Shown here piece after piece: positions 60,926 to 64,000 of a stretch of DNA of 64,000 bases. Position 1 is the first letter of the stretch; every line of letters starts with the position of its first letter. Origin of the DNA: Trueperaceae bacterium. Lineage in GTDB: Bacteria; Deinococcota; Deinococci; Deinococcales; Trueperaceae. The notes under the pieces were generated by a model. That model saw only the letters and a program-made list of their open reading frames with translations. It was not told where the DNA came from and searched no databases. The stretch lies in the NCBI GenBank assembly GCA_965214405.1, contig OZ243956.1, forward strand, positions 448,001 through 512,000, written 5' to 3'. The position numbers and the translations under genes were made by a program.

Positions 60926-60953
60926 GCATCCAACACGCGCCCGGGTGCGTTAC
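60926..60953 (+). promoter_or_regulatory. ECF-type promoter motif 4
   Basis: GCATCC-N16-CGTTAC on plus strand, followed by AAGGAGG RBS. Confidence 0.72.
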
Positions 60954-60975
60954 CTAAAGTAAGGAGGCCGCAAAG

Positions 60976-61215
60976 GTGAAAGCGAGTGAGATCAGGGTGA
61001 GGCTAGAAGAAATGCCGTACGTCCGGCAACTCTCGAGACGCGAGTTGCAAGAGGTTACCGCGGGGGTTGAAGACGCTATTCTTAAGGGGACGGCGCAGAT
61101 CGGGGATTACGAGGATTTCGTTCTTTGTAAGCAAGAACTCGTAAGACGCGCCGACTTTGGGATAGCGAGAGCAGAGGGAAACGTAGAAGCGGAGGCCCAT
61201 GAAAAGCGTCCTTAG
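60976..61215 (+). CDS. Small hypothetical protein
   Basis: AAGGAGG RBS, 79 aa ORF directly after motif 4. Confidence 0.65.
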   Translation: MKASEIRVRLEEMPYVRQLSRRELQEVTAGVEDAILKGTAQIGDYEDFVLCKQELVRRADFGIARAEGNVEAEAHEKRP

Positions 61216-61342
61216 GCGGCGCGCGACCTTTAGAAGCGTTTTTGCGGGGCGTCACGAGGCGGGCTGCGCAAGAGGGTGCAACGGTCTTTATTCGTGAAAT
61301 GGAACTTAAAAATATACGTGAAGATAAACGTGATGGGGGAAC

Positions 61343-61879
61343 ATGGAGCTCGAGGCGGAGTTGGTCGCACGGCTGCAACGGGGTGACGAGGGGGCGTTGG
61401 CTGAACTTTACGAGCGGCTAGGCGGCAACGTTTACGCCCTGGCGCTCAAGCTACTCAAAAGCCGTGAGGAGGCTGAAGAGGTGGTGCAGGACACATTTTT
61501 AACGCTCTACCGCAAGGCGGAGAGCTACCATACGCTGCACCGCTCGCCGAGGGCGTTCGTCTACACCATCGCGCGCAACGAGGCCTTATCGCGGCTGCGC
61601 AAGCGCGGCGCGCGGCCCAACAAGGCGGACGGCTGGGACGTTCACGACCCGACCGCCATCTTCTCTTCGCCCGCCCCGGCCGATCCGACGACGCCTTTAT
61701 TTGTGGGCAAGATGCTCGAGCATGTGGACGCTGAAGAGAGAACGCTTTTAGAGGGAAGCTTCTACTCGGGCTACACCCACGCCGAGCTCTCCGAACTCAC
61801 CGGGCTGCCCTTAGGAACCGTGAAAAGCAAGCTGCGGCGGGCGCTCCTCAAGCTTAGAGACTATATGGAGGCGCTATGA
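61343..61879 (+). CDS. ECF RNA polymerase sigma factor (SigK-like)
   Basis: AEEVVQDTF region 2, IARN.A...LR, GYTHAELS..TGLPLGTVKSKLRRAL region 4. Confidence 0.92.
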   Translation: MELEAELVARLQRGDEGALAELYERLGGNVYALALKLLKSREEAEEVVQDTFLTLYRKAESYHTLHRSPRAFVYTIARNEALSRLRKRGARPNKADGWDVHDPTAIFSSPAPADPTTPLFVGKMLEHVDAEERTLLEGSFYSGYTHAELSELTGLPLGTVKSKLRRALLKLRDYMEAL

Positions 61880-62988
61880 ACCGCGCCACAAACGCCGCGA
61901 AGGAGCATCCTACAGAACTTCTGCCGGACTACGTTTTGGGCATACTCACGCCCCAACAAACCGCGGCGGTGGAGGCGCACCTGGCGAGTTGCGAGGCGTG
62001 CCAGGAAGAGGCGTGGCGGCTGGGCGCACCGCTGGTTCTCATGACGGAAGCTTTGAACACTGAGGCCTTCACTTATGCTTTCAACGAAACTGCACCGCTC
62101 GAGCCGCCCCCCCACGTTTGGGAGGCCATCAAGGCACGTCTGCGCAACGAGCGCCAGGGTGTCTTGAAAGAGAAAATTGCGGATGAGCCTACAGCAGAAG
62201 CGGGTGAGGAGGATACGTCCTCGCCCTACGTTCCCCAGCTTGCGAACCTCCCGACTCACTACGGCTGGCTCGCCGCGGCTTGCGTCTCGCTGCTGTTGGT
62301 TTTTAGCGGGGTCTGGGGTGTCCAGAACTACAACGCACTCCAGCGGGTACAAAACGAGACGCGTCTGGTACGTACGTTTCTCGCGCGTCCACAGGTGGAT
62401 AGGGTGGTGCTGGAAAACACGCTGGCAAACGGCCCCGGCGGGTCTCTGGGAAGTGTGCTTTTGACCCCGGACAGCGAGGCGCTTTTCGTCCTCGAGCAGT
62501 CTGCCCCCCCCCGACGGACTTACCAAGCCTGGGGCCACACCAGCAGCGACTGGGACCCGGACAGAGGCGAGGCGCTCACGTCCTTGGAGGTATCCCGGAA
62601 CGCCGTTTTCGAGGTTCCCGCCGGGGGCTTCGCGTCGCTCTATTTGAGCCTCGAGCCCGCGGGCGGGAGCCCTCAGCCCACCAACCCGCTAAGCAAGGTG
62701 TCGCTCCTCAACCCCAGACCGGAGGGCGCGGTAAACATCACAAGCCCGGCGGACGGCGCGACGCTCTCAGCGGAGAGCACCATCGTCGTCGGGGAGGTTG
62801 CGAGAGACGTGACCAGCCTGAGTTACCGCGTGAACGGCGGCGAGGCGGTTCAGACAACGGCGGCGAACAACCGCTTTAGCTTTACGGTGTCGGGGCTTCG
62901 CGCGGGGCAAAACACGGTTCAGGTCACCGCGACGACGGCTGACGGCGGGGCGGAAACGGACACCGTTACCGTGACCGTAGAGCCTTGA
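61876..62988 (+). CDS. Anti-sigma factor: zf-HC2 + TM + RskA-like domain + C-terminal Ig-like domain
   Basis: LLPDYVLG.L, HLASCEAC, PPPHVW, TM, YQAW, LSLEPAGGSPQPT, then ITSPADG...VSGLRAGQNTV. Confidence 0.88.
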   Translation: MNRATNAAKEHPTELLPDYVLGILTPQQTAAVEAHLASCEACQEEAWRLGAPLVLMTEALNTEAFTYAFNETAPLEPPPHVWEAIKARLRNERQGVLKEKIADEPTAEAGEEDTSSPYVPQLANLPTHYGWLAAACVSLLLVFSGVWGVQNYNALQRVQNETRLVRTFLARPQVDRVVLENTLANGPGGSLGSVLLTPDSEALFVLEQSAPPRRTYQAWGHTSSDWDPDRGEALTSLEVSRNAVFEVPAGGFASLYLSLEPAGGSPQPTNPLSKVSLLNPRPEGAVNITSPADGATLSAESTIVVGEVARDVTSLSYRVNGGEAVQTTAANNRFSFTVSGLRAGQNTVQVTATTADGGAETDTVTVTVEP

Positions 62989-63012
62989 AACCTTCAAATC
63001 AGGTTTAGCCTC

Positions 63013-63055
63013 GAGCCGAAACGGGTGTCTCATAAACCAGACTCCGTTTCGGCTC
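63013..63055 (+). terminator. Long hairpin after the anti-sigma gene (terminator or RNA-stability element)
   Basis: GAGCCGAAACGG...CCGTTTCGGCTC perfect 12 bp stem; no U tract. Confidence 0.55.
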
Positions 63056-63177
63056 AACATTTGACGCATCAACATTTAATGCACAGGCGACCCGTTCGTA
63101 ACGCGGCGTAACATGCTTTTGCTTTGTGGGTTGTTAAGGTTACCTCACTTATAAATCATCCATAGAGGGGAAACACG

Positions 63178-64000
63178 ATGAACCTACAGCAAAGGGGGCA
63201 AGTTATGCGGTTCTGGGGGAAAATTACGCCGAAACTGTGGTTGTTTGGTGTCGCGCTTATGGTATTTATTGGACCCACCGGGGTTTACGCGCAAGACGCC
63301 GCGCCGACGTGGGTGTTGGCTATCAGCAAACCGCCGCCGCCCGTGGTGCCGAGCGACCCGCCCCAGGGGCTCGTGTTCAAACTGCGGCCCGAGATGTCGG
63401 CCTCGAGCGTGATGTTTGATACCGCGGGGGGGCCGGAGAGCCTCGAGTATATCGACTTTGACGTTCAGAGCGACGCCTATATCACCTTCGACGACGGGCC
63501 GGATGAGGCCTCGCCGGGCGGCGTCATGGTCGTGGCTGACTTTTTGAGCCGCGCGGACGGCTCCTTTGACGCTTCTAGGGACCGCCTCATTACGGGCGCG
63601 ACCACCGGCCTCATCGCGCCCAAGGACCTGAACGTGGCGGACGCGCTGGGCGTCGTGATCGTCGCCGACTTTGACAGCGCGAAGGTGGCGACTTTTGACG
63701 TGCAAGCGGAAGGCGACGCCGCGCCCCTTTTTGTCACCACCGACCTCGGCACGACCCCTTCGGGCGAACCGCGGCGGCCCTGGGGCTTAGCCTTTAACGC
63801 GGCGGACGATCAACTTTTCGTGGGCGGCACGGACGGCACCGTGCTCGTTTTTGACGATTACCTGATCAACCGGGGCGCGAACGGCCCCGACCGCGTCATT
63901 ACCCCCACCGTAAACGGCGAACGAGCCTCGGCCAACGTTCACGACGTTGCTTATGTGTCAGACGAAGACATCCTTATTGCTTCGGACGTGGGCAACGCCA
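63178..64000 (+). CDS. Secreted protein paralogous to the repeats of 56846..60262; 3' truncated by window, absent from the ORF track
   Basis: My translation: signal peptide ...GVYAQ, DAYITFD, FDASRDRLITGATTGLIAPKDL, IVADF, PWGLAF, LFVGGTDGTVLVFDDY, GPDRVITP, SDVG; start 63178 or 63205. Confidence 0.85.
   Translation, partial: MNLQQRGQVMRFWGKITPKLWLFGVALMVFIGPTGVYAQDAAPTWVLAISKPPPPVVPSDPPQGLVFKLRPEMSASSVMFDTAGGPESLEYIDFDVQSDAYITFDDGPDEASPGGVMVVADFLSRADGSFDASRDRLITGATTGLIAPKDLNVADALGVVIVADFDSAKVATFDVQAEGDAAPLFVTTDLGTTPSGEPRRPWGLAFNAADDQLFVGGTDGTVLVFDDYLINRGANGPDRVITPTVNGERASANVHDVAYVSDEDILIASDVGNA

Noticed and set aside
63066..63093. Additional ECF promoter candidates (GCATCA-N16-CGACCC here, GCATTC at 60498, GCATCC-N16-CGGTGT at 48616)
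   Set aside because: Mismatched -10 or spacer; too weak to claim without a PWM

Overview
GC-rich bacterial chromosomal window. Gene content (DUF1999-type protein, class II RNR with inteins, short-form hisG/hisZ, many leaderless starts) points to Deinococcota, probably Truepera-like; this is inference, not a database result. Mostly housekeeping genes: nrdJ (5' truncated, two LAGLIDADG inteins), fakA/asp23, moaC, truA, hemL, hisZ-hisG, clpS-clpA, argR, hisN, xylB, recJ, mug, argS, lon. Accessory segments: (1) an AT-richer standalone caspase-like protease next to four lipoprotein/secreted-protein genes; (2) a putative insertion hotspot at the hisN 3' end holding tandem Uma2 nucleases, a degenerate hisN 3' copy, an NLR-like STAND-TPR protein and a type ISP R-M remnant; (3) the best candidate for an undescribed system, at the right end: an ECF sigma/RskA-type anti-sigma pair whose anti-sigma carries a C-terminal Ig-like domain also found in a divergently transcribed triple-repeat (probably beta-propeller) lipoprotein, with four GCATCC-N16-CGTT(A/T)C promoter-like motifs, two small ORFs and a paralogous secreted protein. 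Across the window the palindrome CTCGAG is strongly over-represented in all frames and in intergenic DNA (HIP-like), and STRR-like 7/8-mer repeats occur between genes. No rRNA, tRNA, CRISPR array or intact transposase was seen.
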